Both the position numbers and the translations under genes were made by a program. This document shows positions 13,392 through 26,292 of a stretch of 64,000 bases of DNA, piece after piece; the stretch's first letter is position 1, and every line of letters begins with the position of its first letter. The notes under the pieces were generated by a model. It did no database searches. It was not told where the DNA came from and was given only the letters and a program-made list of their open reading frames with translations. The DNA is taken from NCBI GenBank assembly GCA_043228905.1, contig JBHGNT010000018.1, forward strand, positions 17,174,001-17,238,000, read 5' to 3'. The DNA comes from Azolla caroliniana. Its lineage: Eukaryota > Plantae > Polypodiophyta.

Positions 13392-15240
13392 CATAAATGC
13401 AACATTTCCGGTGCTATACCTTAAACCCCTCGGTCACCCTTCCTTTAGGTTTGATTGTACATGATTCAATGTGTATGGATGTGTGATTGCAATATCTGCA
13501 TAATATTGATGTATATATGTACTATTTAGTGTATGTATGAATATATGTATGTACATGTATGAATGTACATATGAATATATATCTAATATGTGGAACATGT
13601 ATGTATGTATGTGTATAGATTTATGTTTGTAAAACTTATATATGTATCATTGTAGGCATATGTACATATATACATGTTGCAATGTATGAATGAATATATA
13701 TATGTCTATGTACGAATGTACATATGTGTATGCATATGTAATGTATGTATGTGTATGCATATGTAATGTATGTATGTGTATGCATATGTAATGTATGTAT
13801 GTGTATGCATATATACATATGTCAATGTACACGATTCAATGTGTATGGATGTGTAATTGTAATATGTGCATGATATCTATGTATATATCTAATGTATGTA
13901 TGTGTATGGATGTATGTTTGTAAAATTTATATGTGTAACATTGTAGGCATATGTACGTATATACATGTTGCAATGTATAAATGAATATATGTATGTACAT
14001 GTACATGTACAAATGTACATATGTGTATATATGTAGTATGCAATGTACGTATAATTTCGGGGTATTTTCGTGTTTAGCATGTGCATGGCTCATATAAGGG
14101 TGTATGCTTACGATATACACATAATATATATGCATATGTCCAATGTATGTGGAAGTACACATATATCCAATGTGTGTGTATGTATATTGTATGTATATAT
14201 ATAGAATATGTATGTACATATGTAATGTATGTATGTGTGTGCATATATGCATATGTCAATGTGCATGGATGTGTGTTTGTAATATGTATGTATATATTTA
14301 ATGCATGTATCTGTGTGTGTGTGCGCGCGCATGTGTGTGTGTATGTATGTATGTATGTATGTATGTATGTATGTATGTATGTATGTATGTACGTACGTAT
14401 GTATGTATGTATGTATGTGTATATGGTGATATTTATGTAAATGTATGTATGTATGTGTATATATGTAATGTATTTATGTATGTATAAATTTGGGATATTT
14501 TCATGCTTAGTATGTGTATGGCTCGTATACGGATGTATGTTTGTAACATGTATGTAATATGCATGTATATATCTAATGTATGTGTAAGTATTATAATGAT
14601 ATATCTAATGTGTGTGTATATATATGTAAGCATTGTAGTCTGTATGGTTCCGTATAATCTATATATATGGTGATATGTGGAATATGTATGTGCATATGTA
14701 ATATATCTAGTATGTATATATGTAATGTATGTATGTATGTATGTATGTATGTGTATGTAAATTTGTTTATTGTGTAAATATGTATGGATTATACGATATG
14801 TAATATCTAATTTATTTATGTGCATGTGTTGTGTGTGTGTGTGTGCGTGTGTGTGTGTGTGTGTAATATATGTAACTTGTTTGTATGTGTGAAAATCTGT
14901 AAGACATATAATATATAATCTTATGTATTAATATTTAAGTGTATATATATATATATATATAATATGTAATTTATTTATTTATGTATATTTTTTGTGTTTG
15001 GTATGTATACATATACGCATTTGTATATAATTGTGTGTATAATGATATATGTGTGTAATATGTAATATATAAAATATGTTTGTAAGAATGTGTAGTATAT
15101 ATGTATGCATATGTATATATACATACATACATACATGTATGCATGCATGCATATACATGCATACATACATACATACACATACACATGTGTGTATGTATAT
15201 GTATGTATGTATGCATGAAAGAATGTATGTATATATGCTA
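12270..15240. repeat. Degenerate (TA)/(TG)/(TATG) microsatellite field
   Basis: Pure runs (GT)n at ~13343-13385 and (TATG)n at ~14342-14390 sit within low-complexity sequence; a smaller patch is at ~8740-8930. Confidence 0.95.
12570..13010 (-). mobile_element. L1-type LINE 3'-end fragment
   Basis: WFIWTARC...VRNVWMEMVHTLKGRYEDIKG...PPVWLFPPP is homologous to the LINE C-terminus at 49732-50136; A-rich tail on - near 12570. Confidence 0.75.
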
Positions 15241-18200
15241 CTCCAAATTTGAGTATTGTTTGCATAATAATTCTTTACTATTTCATTAAAATATCTAATA
15301 TATCATGGGCTTATGTAATTTTTTTTCTAGTATAATTGATAATACCCTTATGTAAATATATATTTCAAATATATATTAATACCCTTATATATATACATTC
15401 TGTACCTCAGTGGCTAATTTAAACCCCTTTTGATGAACTCACGTGCTATCACACAAGTTTTGATAGTGAAGCCCCGGGGATGCTCGGAAGGCATGGGAAA
15501 GCCTTCGCGTGCTCGCCGGAGGAGATCGGGTGTGTGGACCCGACGATCGTCGAACCAATGGTGATCTTCACGGTACCGCATGTACCGTGGAATCTCAAAC
15601 CGATTCCGGTGCCGAGAGGTCACATCCCGAAGTTGATGGAGCTTCTGAAGCAAAAGGTGGAGATGGGCATCCTCGAACCGTCGAGTGCTCCATATTCGAA
15701 TCGGTGGTTTACGGTGCCGAAGAAGAACGGCATGCTGCGTTTCATTCAGGACCTGCAACCGGTCAACAGGGTGACCATCCGTAATGCAGGAATTGGACCG
15801 ACCATAGACGAGTTCGTGGAGGCCTTTGTTGGAAGGTCGATCTATTCGGTCGGTGACTTATACTCGGGGTACGACCAGTTCCAGCAAGCCGTGGAGAGCA
15901 GGGATATCACGACGATGCGAACTCCTCTCGGCCTAGTACGGATGTGTACCCTACCACAAGGCGGGACGAATTCGGTGGCGCACATGGTGAACGCAATGGA
16001 CAAGGTGCTGAGGGACTGCATCCCGAACATCACCATGCCATTCTTGGACGAGGGGGGTCCGGTGGAAGGTGGTCGGACACCTGTGCGGGCCTTACGGTAG
16101 GAAACCGTCTCCGGCAAAGGTAGAGGCCATCTCCGCGATGAGGAACGATTGCGGGTCGGTTACGGAGGTCCGCAGATTCTTGGGTGCATGCGCATTCTAC
16201 CACATCTGGATCTCGCACTACGCACATGTCTACGGACTATTGAAAGGGGGGTGTAGCTTTGAGTGGAGGACGGAGCACACGGAGTCGGTCCGGAGACTAA
16301 AGGAGGCGCTTACGGTAGCACCAACTCTTCGTAAAGCGGTTTACGGCAAGGGAGTCCCCATCTACGTGACGATGGACACGAGCCCAACCGGGATCGGGTG
16401 GGTGATCAACCAGGAGGACGAGGACGACGTACGGTTCCCAATCCCGTTCGGGGCGAAGGTATTGAGCGAGTGGCAGCGAGGATACGCCCAAGTCAAGCAC
16501 GAACTATGGGGTATCGTTTCGGCAGTCAAGGCCGACAGGGACTACTTGATCGGGACGGAGGTAATAATCGAGACGGACTGCCTGCCGATACTCGGCATGG
16601 TTTCCGGATGCGCGACGCCGGACCTAGCAATTCTCCGGTGGATAGCGTACATTAAGTCCCTCAACCCGGAGATACGGCACATCTCTGGAAAGGATAACGC
16701 CATGACCGACATGCTTTCGAGAGCGAGGTTCAACAACGAAGACGACATGGTTTTGGATGACGAAGAAGTCGGCGAGGACTTCTTCGGGTCGGCTAACGTG
16801 ACGACGAGGAAAGGGGACACTCCGGCGCTTAACAAATTCGACGAAAGCTGGTACGACGGGGAGTGGCTCCAAATCGGGAGGTTCCTACGGGCGATGACGC
16901 CGGATGCAGCATGGACGAGAGAAGAGGCGAGCCGGGTATGGAAGAAGGCGTACCGATTCTTCCTACGGGACGGGTGCATATGGAGGCACCCAAAGAAAAG
17001 AAACGGCATCCCACTTCGAGTAGTGGCAAAGAAAGAAGAACAGGAGGAATTACTGGCGGCATTTCACGAGAGTCCCTGGGCCGGGCACCGCGGAACGTGG
17101 GCCACATTCGAGAAGCTGAAGGAGAAGTACTGGTGGTCGGGGCTGTAGCGGGACGTGCATCGGTTCGCAACGACTTGCGAAAGCTGTCAGATGCACTCCG
17201 TAGTCCGACATCGGGACGAGCTACACCCGACCTACCCGCCTACGGTCTATTTCAAGTGGATGGTGGACTTGGTGACGATGTCGATGGGAGTAGGACAGAT
17301 GCGATACCTGGTGCTTGCGCGGGAAGACTTAATGAACCAGGTGGAAGGCCGTGCATTGCAGAACAAGACAACCGCGGCGGTATGCTGGTTCCTGATCGAA
17401 GAGGTAGTGTGTTGGTACGGGTGCGTAGGGAGGATCATGGCGGACCGGGGAGAGCTGGATGCGCAGGAAGCTGAGGAGTTGTTCGACTGGCTAGGGGTCA
17501 AACTCTCCATCACTACGGCGTACAATCCGGATGCGAACGGGAAGGTAGAACGTGGGCACGGCCCGATCGTAAAGGCGTTGGTGCGTGCATGCGGAGCAGG
17601 TCGGGAATTGGCCGCAGCTCCTTCCTTACGTACTATGGGCGGACCGAACTACGCACAGTTCAGTGACAGGGTTTATGCCGGCAGAACTGATGTATGGACA
17701 GAAGACGATCATGCCAGTGGAACGAACGGTTTCTTCGTGGACGGTGGTAGATTGGAAGGACGAGATGAGCCGGGAGGAGTTGCTGGAGGCGCGGATTCGG
17801 CAACTCGAGCGGAGTCCGGAGGACATGAAACGGGCGAAGGAAAAGCTGTGGGCGGCAAGGGAGCGGAACAAGACCCGGTTCAACCGGACGCACCGGTTGC
17901 GACCAAAGAAGGTCGACGAAGGCGACTGGGTCTTGGTATACAACAGCAGCCTCGACAATCAGCACAAGGCGGTGCGAAAGTTTGCTAGGAGATGGTTCGG
18001 GCCCTACACGGTGACGAGCGCGAACGACAACGGCACATACCACCTCGTGGAACTCGACGGGACACGGTTAGCGGTACCGGTGGCCGGGAAGCGGATCAAA
18101 ACGTTCAAGAAACGGTTCGAAGACAAGCCAGAGTCGGCGAGCGAGAGCGACGACGACGATCAGTTCGGGCCTGGCGAAGAATCGGAGAGCGACGAGTGAA

Positions 18201-21200
18201 GCCGGTTTTCTTCGGTATCTACCCGTCTCTGGCGCATGCCGGTGGATGCGCGGTTTGGTGGGGGTGGATGTCATGAAGAAAACCGGCCGTAGGCGGAATC
18301 AGAGAAAAAGGGGCATGAACCGGCTCTTACATGGGTGGACGCGAGAATTGATATTTTGTACATAATTCATAATTAGGTCGGTTGATGTAAATACTAGGTA
18401 GTACACATCTATTAGGGGATTTGTGCATATCTCTATCAAAAGGGACATGAAATAAAGTGATTGGACTAGGGAAGAAGGGTCTTCCTTTGGCGAACTATTT
18501 AAGGAGGGAGAGAAGGAAGAAAAGGGATCGCGTGTTGGTGAGGACGAAGTGCTGCTGCAGAACCGAGGGTCGAGCTCTCTCTCCTCCGATCGTCGTTCTC
18601 TGCGGGTGTCGGGAGTTCGCTACCTCTGCTTCGTGGACAGCCCGTGTGCTTCCAACAGAGGCTCTCTCTCTCTCTCTCCCCCCCCCCCCCCTATTTGTTT
18701 CTTCGAGTCGAGTGGTTGTCGTCTATGTGCGTGAGTAGGACCCCGTGTCAAGTCCATTACCGGGTTGCCGATTGTAACTGTTCGAGTTGTAAGCTACTGA
18801 TTATAGTAATCGGATTCCTGTTTCTTGCTCTTATTTTCTTTCTGTGTATCTGCAACTCTCTCTCTCTCTCTCTCCTTGTCCAAGACCCTCGTGGTCCCGC
18901 CTCTTCCTACACACGAACACGAAACTTCGTGACATCAGGGCAATGGATACGAATTCTTGATCGTCACTTTATTCAAGCGTCGGTAATTAATACACATACG
19001 CCATGTGCCCTCTTTCTTTTTAACCAAGAGAACTGGTGCACCCCATGGCGATTTACTTATTGGTGCAACGCTAGGTACAATATCTATACGATGGTCTATA
19101 TTACGTTTAGGAGGAAACCCATCTAGTAGTTCACTCGGAAAAACATCACGAAAATCATTTAAGATTTCATCAAGTTGTTGTTGTTCAAAATATGTTAATT
19201 GAACCGAGCCATTATCGATATTGTAAACGTGAATGTCCGGATCAAGTACACAATAAAATAGAGTAGAACAAGACAACTCGGATATTGATGGAGAGGAAAC
19301 AATCGAGAGGGATTGTTTTTTTACACATTGAATAAAATGAGTACAATCATTCAGTACAAATGTTATTGAATGATGAACCCAATCAATAGATAAAGAAGAG
19401 TTTTGATTATAGAACTAGGGATAACCCAGTATTATATCAATGGTACAAAGATTCATTACATGGAAGTCTACTTCCTCTATATAAGTATTAGTAGAAATTC
19501 CGAATGAATGAATTGCCCTGTTGATGTATTGTACTCTTCCATAAGCCAAGTGCACCGTATAGGTGTGATCACTTACGATGGGTTGGATTCCCCATATCTG
19601 AACCAAACAATCATTCACAAAGTTGTGTGAGCTTCCCAAATCAAACAAAAATTGTATGGGAGATCCATTGATATACCCGTTTGTACATAGTAAATCATTG
19701 GGACCCAATACATAGTGAGGGAAAGAACATTGACAATTACTTAAATGATGTGTATAGACCTGAAGGACATTAAGAATCTGACCTTTATGGTTTGCAGCTT
19801 TAGCTTTGCTGTTGTGCTCTTTCCGTTGGAGCTTTTGACATTGCTCTTTGGTATGACTCTTCTTTTTGCAGAATACGCAAAAAGGATGTTGTCGCTTACA
19901 ATCACGATCCATGAATTCGTTGGGTGTCTTGCGTTTCCCAGCGAATTGCGACTGCTAAGTCTTGGGCGCTTCGTGGGTTTGTTGTGGTCCTTCTTCGAAG
20001 TGCATTGATAGCGAAGAACTATTTCAATGGCCTCTTCGAAGGATTTTGGATCCTTATCGTGCACGTGCACTATCTAGTGATAGTCCGAATTGGGGATGCC
20101 ATTGACAAAAAAAGCTATTAACCAATTATCCCCTTCTAGACCCGATTTTTGGATTTGGGTTCTAGCATGGTGGACATAGTCTTCTAGCGAGGAAAACTTC
20201 CTGCTAGAGAGGTTCATTAAAGCTTGAGTTGCCTCAGTTTGAGAGGGAGGTTGCAGAATATGGCCCTTAAAAACTGTGACAAAATCTGTCCTGGTATCGG
20301 GCAATTTCCCCAAAGTTCAAAGCCCACGCCACCAAAGGGCGGCCTTACCCCCTAGTTCTCGGCCAACATATGCAATCTTCGTACTATCTGGCATGGGATA
20401 GAGCTCAAAATGAGACTCCCATCGGCCTAGCCACGTGCAGATTGCTTCTTCGGTTATTTCCTTTTTTTCTCCCGTAAATGGCTTAACGACAAATGATGGT
20501 TCACCCTGTCGCTCATCAGGTCTATTAGTCTCACGTTGTAAACTAATGACACGTGCCTCGAGAGCACTTTGAGATTGCCGAAGTTCGATCATTTGTTGAG
20601 CGGTGAAACTAAGGTATTGGGTTATTTGTGAAAAATACATCTCAGTGGACATTTGTCTAGAAGGATTTCCTTGAGTTCCTTCCACTTGAGCGGATGACAT
20701 CAGGTCGTTATTTTGAGCCATTGAATGATTATTTCTAACAAAGAAATAGGATAACGTCAAACAAATAGTCATAACATCATGTCGTGGTGTAAACATATCA
20801 TGGGCAAACATTAATCGATATCATGATCTCACGTCAATACCCCTCTAGATGTATGAGATGAGGTTCAAGATCAGGTTATTATGGTAACACAAAGGTGTTT
20901 TAAAAACCATGGGGGTAACAAATAAATGTCTTTCCCTGATCTCTATATCGATTTTTTTTCATGGCGGCTCCCCGAGGCTCAACCATGTATGTTCGTGTCA
21001 TGAATAGTTTATACACGAAAAAAATGTTAACAATAAACTATGTTTCGGTGCCCACATATGTGGTTTTGGCTCTTTAAGTCCTTTTACGAGGACCCCGAAG
21101 TGCACTTAGACCTCAAGTCTAAACATGTGTTATAGTCATATGTATCAACAATGTTGTATGGTCTTGGTTATATTTGAACTCGAGACCTCGAGAACAAATG

Positions 21201-22767
21201 CATTAAACACTTGAGCTAACCAATTAGGTTTCTCTTTTTGAATGTTTTATGTTTCATGTGTATAAGAGGTATGCAAGGCATTTGCCCATATATGTTTTTT
21301 TAAAAGAAACATATATGTCAAGAGTCCTTATTTCCCCCTCGTTTACCACAAACTTTGTTCATACATTACCTAACCTCAAGTCTCGTAATTACGATAGCAT
21401 ACGCCAAAGTGCAACCTAATGGTCAAGCCAAATGTGCCCTCTTTTCGTAGTAGGCCCACGTGTTCCATCACATGGTTACGTCATTACCAATGCCTTTCGT
21501 AGGAATGATCTCATGGTGGCATCGTATCCCTGTAATGAGGGAGGGATGTTGGATATGTGTGTCATAGGAGCGACCTCACATGAAGTGGGTTAAGCCCTAT
21601 GTACTCAACACCATTGTGGCTATGATTGTTTCATTACGTAATGAAATATCGAAGTGACCAACGGGGATGTCAACAAAAAATTGTTGAAAAAGGGATGGTG
21701 AAAACACCATTCTCACAAAAATGTGAGGACAACCACCAAGATCCTTTTCCCGACAAGGACAACATTCGATAGAAATCACGTAATATCAAATATACACATA
21801 TGTTTACTTATGACATATATACGATCAAATACGTATACACGTGACCACATATGCGTACATTAAACAAATCGTTACATCAAATAACTAGAAATGATGTAAT
21901 CGAGGCATATACCCTCTACGCACACGAAACATCCAAAAATAAGGGTTCATCGTGATACGCAATTGAGGTATTGGCCTCTTACGCATACGAGACCAAACAC
22001 ATATCATTTACAACGAAATCGAGGTATTGACCTCATATGCATACATAACATATGAATGTGAGCGTAATACGCAATTGAGGTATTAACCTCGTGCGCATAC
22101 GACATTAATCACATATTCAATATATGTCAAATGAGGTATTGACCTCATACACATATGTAAGTTTAACGTTTTATACAACCAATTAATTACCACTATAACA
22201 TCATTGAATTAATGAATTATTTTTTTTGACCGCACATCAATCGATTACCATCAATCAACAAGACAAAAGACAACAAAAGAAACATTAGAACATAGGCTCT
22301 GAAACCAACTGTTAGAGACATGAACTAATGTAAGCAAAGGATAAGGATAAAAGATAGATAGATAGAAAGAAAGGAGAGAGAGAAAGAAGGGTGCCGATCC
22401 ACCCGACCCCCCCCGAGCAAAGGGATCGAGACAGACTCGAGCCTCGATCGGCGTCCCATACCACTGTCGTGGCGTCGAGTCATACCTAGTGCTGGCGCGC
22501 TTACTACAAGAGGTTGACCCACCACAAGAACAGAGTCTCGATGTAGTCAAAAGATGATGAAATGAGGGTAGCTAGGCCTCTTATTTATAGCGATACCCAA
22601 GGCCCCCATGCAAGTTCACACTTGGCCTAATGGGTTGTCTCAATCTCGAGGATTAAAAGTAATCCTCCCCTTCTTTACACTCTCGTTTAACCCTCACACT
22701 TATCCACGTGTATAGAATACTACGGTAAATTCTCACCATGGAATACTATATGGTCATGCCCGTAACA

Positions 22768-25029
22768 ATGTCCCAACGCTGGAACACCATCTTGTCAGCC
22801 CAAAATGTCTTGGGTAAGTTTGCATGTGCTAGCATGCTCCAAACTCTCTCCATCACGGTCCGGTTCATCCAATCGGCCAGCTCGTTCAATTCTGGCATCT
22901 TCGGCATGGTAAATTCGAGCTAGATTCCCTTTGATCGGCAGTACTCGAACTGCCCCCGATATTCTCCTTCGTTGTCCGCTCGAACCGCCTTCAGCTTCCG
23001 ATCGGTTTCTCTTTCCACTGTCGCGTGGAGTTCCTTGAAGATGGATAACACCTAATCCTTTGTCTTCAACGGTGTGACCCACAGCTTCTGGTTGTGATCA
23101 TCTATGAATGTCACGAAGTACTGCGATCCGGCATGTGACTTTGTGTCTACTTGACACACATCGGTATGCACCAGCTCTAGTGGTGCATTCCGTCTCATCG
23201 GTGGTCTTGACCAGAAAGAGGTTCGGTTTTGTTTGTTGGCCAAGCAATTGGTGCACTTCTCAAGTTGCACATCCTTCGCCGGAATAAGATTGTCTTCGAC
23301 AAGCCTCTTCATCCCCTTCTCACTCATGTGACATAGTCTTTTGTGTCACAACTCACCGGCAGTGTCGAATGCTACGTTCACTTCTTCCTGGCATATCGGG
23401 GCATGCATAAGATATAGTGTGTTGACCTTCCGGGCTCGAGCCACTATTAGGCTCCCTTTGCTGAACTTCATGACTCCGTTCCGAATGCTACCCTTGTAGC
23501 TTTCATCATCTAGCCGACCGGTTGATATTAGGTTCAGTCGAACCTCCGGAACACGTCAAACATCCTTCAGCAGCAACTTGCATTTGGTTGATGTCGTCAA
23601 CTACTCATCTCCTATGCCGATAATTCAGCATGTCCCTTCATTCCCCATCAAGACACAACCGTGATCTCCGGCTGTGTAGGATGAGAAGCATCTCCAGTCC
23701 GGTGTCAAGTGGAACAACGCTCCGGAATCGACAAACCACATTGTCTCATCACCGACAAAGTTTAACTCATTCTCCTCGGTAATGAGCATTAGTTCTTCTT
23801 CATTTGTCGCAATCGCCAACGTTCCCATCTGATCTGACCCTTTCCGGTCCAAACCAGTCTGGTCTGAACCCTTCTTCGAATCGGCACTATCGGTTCTTTT
23901 CTCTTTCCGGAAATGCCGACAGTTCTTCTAGAAGTGCCCTGGCTTCCCATAGTAGAAGCAAGTAGGCTTCCCCCTTGACTTCAACCTCGTCTCCGACTTG
24001 TCCCGGTTTTGGAAACCCTGATACCGGTCTCTTCCTCGGGTTTGGTCATCTTCCATGACCAAGGCCTTCGGATCAGTTCCGGACTCCCGATCCTTCCGGC
24101 GAGCTTCTTCATATAGCAAGCTTGATTTTACCCTTGCTAGGGACAACTGCTTTCCTTCCGGCCCGGAGTTGCCCAACATGACAACCAACGTCTCCTAGCT
24201 ATCCGGGAGGGAACTGAGCAGGAGCAATGTGAGCACCTCATTGGCGAGTGGTACTTCCAACGAGGTTGCATGGTGTATCAATCCCTAGAAGGCATTCATG
24301 TGCTCCACCATACTGGAGCCGTCTTGGTACCGGAGCCTCACTAGCTTCCGGAATACCGAAACCCGATTAACAACATTCTTGTTCTGGAACATGATGCCGA
24401 TCTTCTCCCAGAGTTCATGAGATTTGCTCTCTTTATTGAAGTTGTTGTATAGGCTCATGTCGATGAAGCACTAGATGTATGTCGTCGTCTTCATGTGCAT
24501 CACCTCCCACACTATGGCGTCGATCTTATCCGGTCTCTTGTCCCCAAATTGAACCGGCAACCAAAGATCTTTAACCACTAGCATATCCCTCATCTTCGAC
24601 TTCCACACTGAGTAGTTGGAGCCGGTGAGCTTGAACATGCCGCCGAACGATTCTTCCATTTTCTGTGTTGTTCGCTATGATACCAGATTGAAGAGAATAG
24701 CATGGAATATTGCTCGGACACAACCGAGTCTTGAATCACTTCAATGAGAATGAGACACAAAAATGGGAAGTGGAGAGTATACCAACAAAAGAAAGGTACA
24801 CAAGATGTTTACGTGGAAAACCCTAAGTGGGAAAAACCACGGGAGCCCACGGACTCCAACTATCACTATAGGAGTCATATTTATACTTATATGAACTTAG
24901 GGCTATTTACAAATATAGCCTCAATAGGCTTACTCAAAACATATTTACAAATATGTCATCTCTTCCGGTTCTCACCGGGTCCTCTTCATTCATAACTGGA
25001 TCCCATCCGGAGGGACTGATTTCCCAACA
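22768..25029 (-). mobile_element. Copia (Tnt1-like, related subfamily) 5' part: short LTR 24689-25029, gag, protease, integrase start
   Basis: Gag MEESFGG at 24659; degenerate PBS 24674-24685; CFYYGKPGHF, WFVDSGA, ELVHTDVC. Several stops; truncated next to the Gypsy A LTR. Confidence 0.9.
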
Positions 25030-26292
25030 ATGGTGTTCACGGCTGGTTCCTTGCCTTTATTATGCTGCGGACATTGTGTTGCGTAGTGGCCTGGCTGTTG
25101 GCATACGAAGCAATGTACATTGGACTCGCCTTTCTCCAATACTGGAGCTGCGGTGGCGTCTAAATGTGCAGATTGCTCTTCTCGTGTTTGTTGAAATCCT
25201 CTGTGATAACGGGGTTTCGAGCGATATTCCTCACGAGGTTCTTGGCGCCGTTCATCCTCGGAACTTTCCTCGTAATGACATTGATCCCGTGCCTAGAACC
25301 AGGGTCTGGTCTGTCCGCCGCGATTGTTGGTAGGACGTCGATTCTCATATCGACCACCCCCCCTCCCCTGTAACGGTCATGGCTCTGATACTCTTCTTTG
25401 TCGGACTCTGGATCGTTGTTGTGGCGGTGATGGTATGGTCTTTCCGCACGATGATTAAGTTCCATATACGTTAAAGTTCTTCCTGACGGCCTTGATCATT
25501 TCAACGGTATTGTCGTTGTGGTTCCATACAGCGAACAATCAGCATGACCTTGTTCAACATATTTTATTCTCAAAGGTCCACCGTATGTGCTCGTGAATGG
25601 CAAATGAGTGTGGATTCTACTGTATACTCCAGGAGAGAAGGGGCGCGGTCATTAAGGTGCGGTTTTCGCGCAACACATTCTTTTGTCTATCGAGTGACTG
25701 ACCTGGTCAGTGGTCGATCTTGTCAAGTGGGTTCTCTATTACACCGGCGGCTAGACATCCATCCCTTGCAACTCGGCTGTGAGGGTTCACAGATCACCAA
25801 GTGTGCCAAAAGTGTTGCCGGTTAGGAACACGGCCTACCCTCAGTCCTTCGGGGTAGGTATCAAGGTGATTGTGGTGCAAGGTAAGGATCTTGCGTAGCG
25901 CATGGAGCGTATTGACTTATATCGTTAGAGCGTGTTTACTAAAGGCGTAAAACTGGAGACGGCTACAACCAAGTTCCTAAAGTGCGTAACTATGCACATG
26001 TACTCCTTTTACACGCTTATGCCTTAAACAGTCACACAAAGACAACAGAGAAGAGACCAAAGATAAAAGATGAAGCTCAGAGAAGATAGAAACTATATTA
26101 AACGGCTGTGCTCAGAAATGCGCTAACCCTTTACAATGTTCATATGCCTTTTATATACATAGGGCGTAGTTGGTTACGCTTCCCGCGTGAATCGTTACAC
26201 ATGTTACTTCAACGCTTCTATTATAATTAAACGCCTCTTTATCCTGCGTTATTTACGTTTTTCCTCTTATGGAGGACAACATATACATAACA
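25030..26292 (-). mobile_element. Unassigned retroelement-like fragment (possible LTR plus gag-like remnant)
   Basis: GC-rich ORF-like 25160-25540, hairpin CCTACCC...GGGTAGG near 25835-25860, LTR-like composition ~25930-26290. No diagnostic motif. Confidence 0.3.

Larger units (their letters stand above)
8549..15479. mobile_element. Unclassified TIR DNA transposon, 6.9 kb, 8-bp TSD, inserted in Gypsy B
   Basis: TSD ATGCTCGG at 8541-8548 and 15480-15487. 17-bp TIRs CCCGGGGGCTCCACTAT / ATAGTGAAGCCCCGGGG (2 mismatches). Host reading FRRMLG|RHGKAF is rejoined on removal. Stop-riddled coding-like sequence at ~9000-10800 could not be assigned. Confidence 0.85.
5646..18934 (+). mobile_element. Ty3/Gypsy non-chromovirus (element B), inserted in the RT of element A, probable 4-bp TSD
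   Basis: 5' LTR from 5646 (truncated ~6032) matches 3' LTR 18269-18934; PPT precedes 18269. Knuckle CMWCDAIGHIRKDC, RT 15480-16050, RNase H TMDTSP...ETDC, integrase H...GH...C..C and NGKVERGH. Flanks are CCGG (5642-5645) and TCAG (18935-18938). Confidence 0.9.
3185..22767 (-). mobile_element. Ty3/Gypsy chromovirus (element A), decayed, split by nested insertions
   Basis: LTRs at 3185-3519 and 22310-22767 share ~315 bp ending GGTCATGCCCGTAACA. PPT ~3520-3536; degenerate Met-PBS 22296-22307. Gag 20811-20074, knuckle CVFCKKKSHTKEQC, protease FLFDLGSSHNF, RT ...YPLP|RADD...FLDDILVYS, chromodomain ILDVK...FKIKW...ATWE. No matching TSD. Confidence 0.88.

Noticed and set aside
12270-15290. Many His/Thr/Tyr- or Val/Cys/Met-rich ORFs
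   Set aside because: They are translations of TA/TG/TATG microsatellites.
8560-15468. CACTA element (CACTA...TAGTG near the ends)
   Set aside because: No 3-bp TSD at those positions; the motifs lie inside longer TIRs bounded by an 8-bp TSD.
25381-25392. Met-PBS-like GGCTCTGATAC
   Set aside because: Lacks the terminal CCA-complementary bases and no LTR is adjacent.
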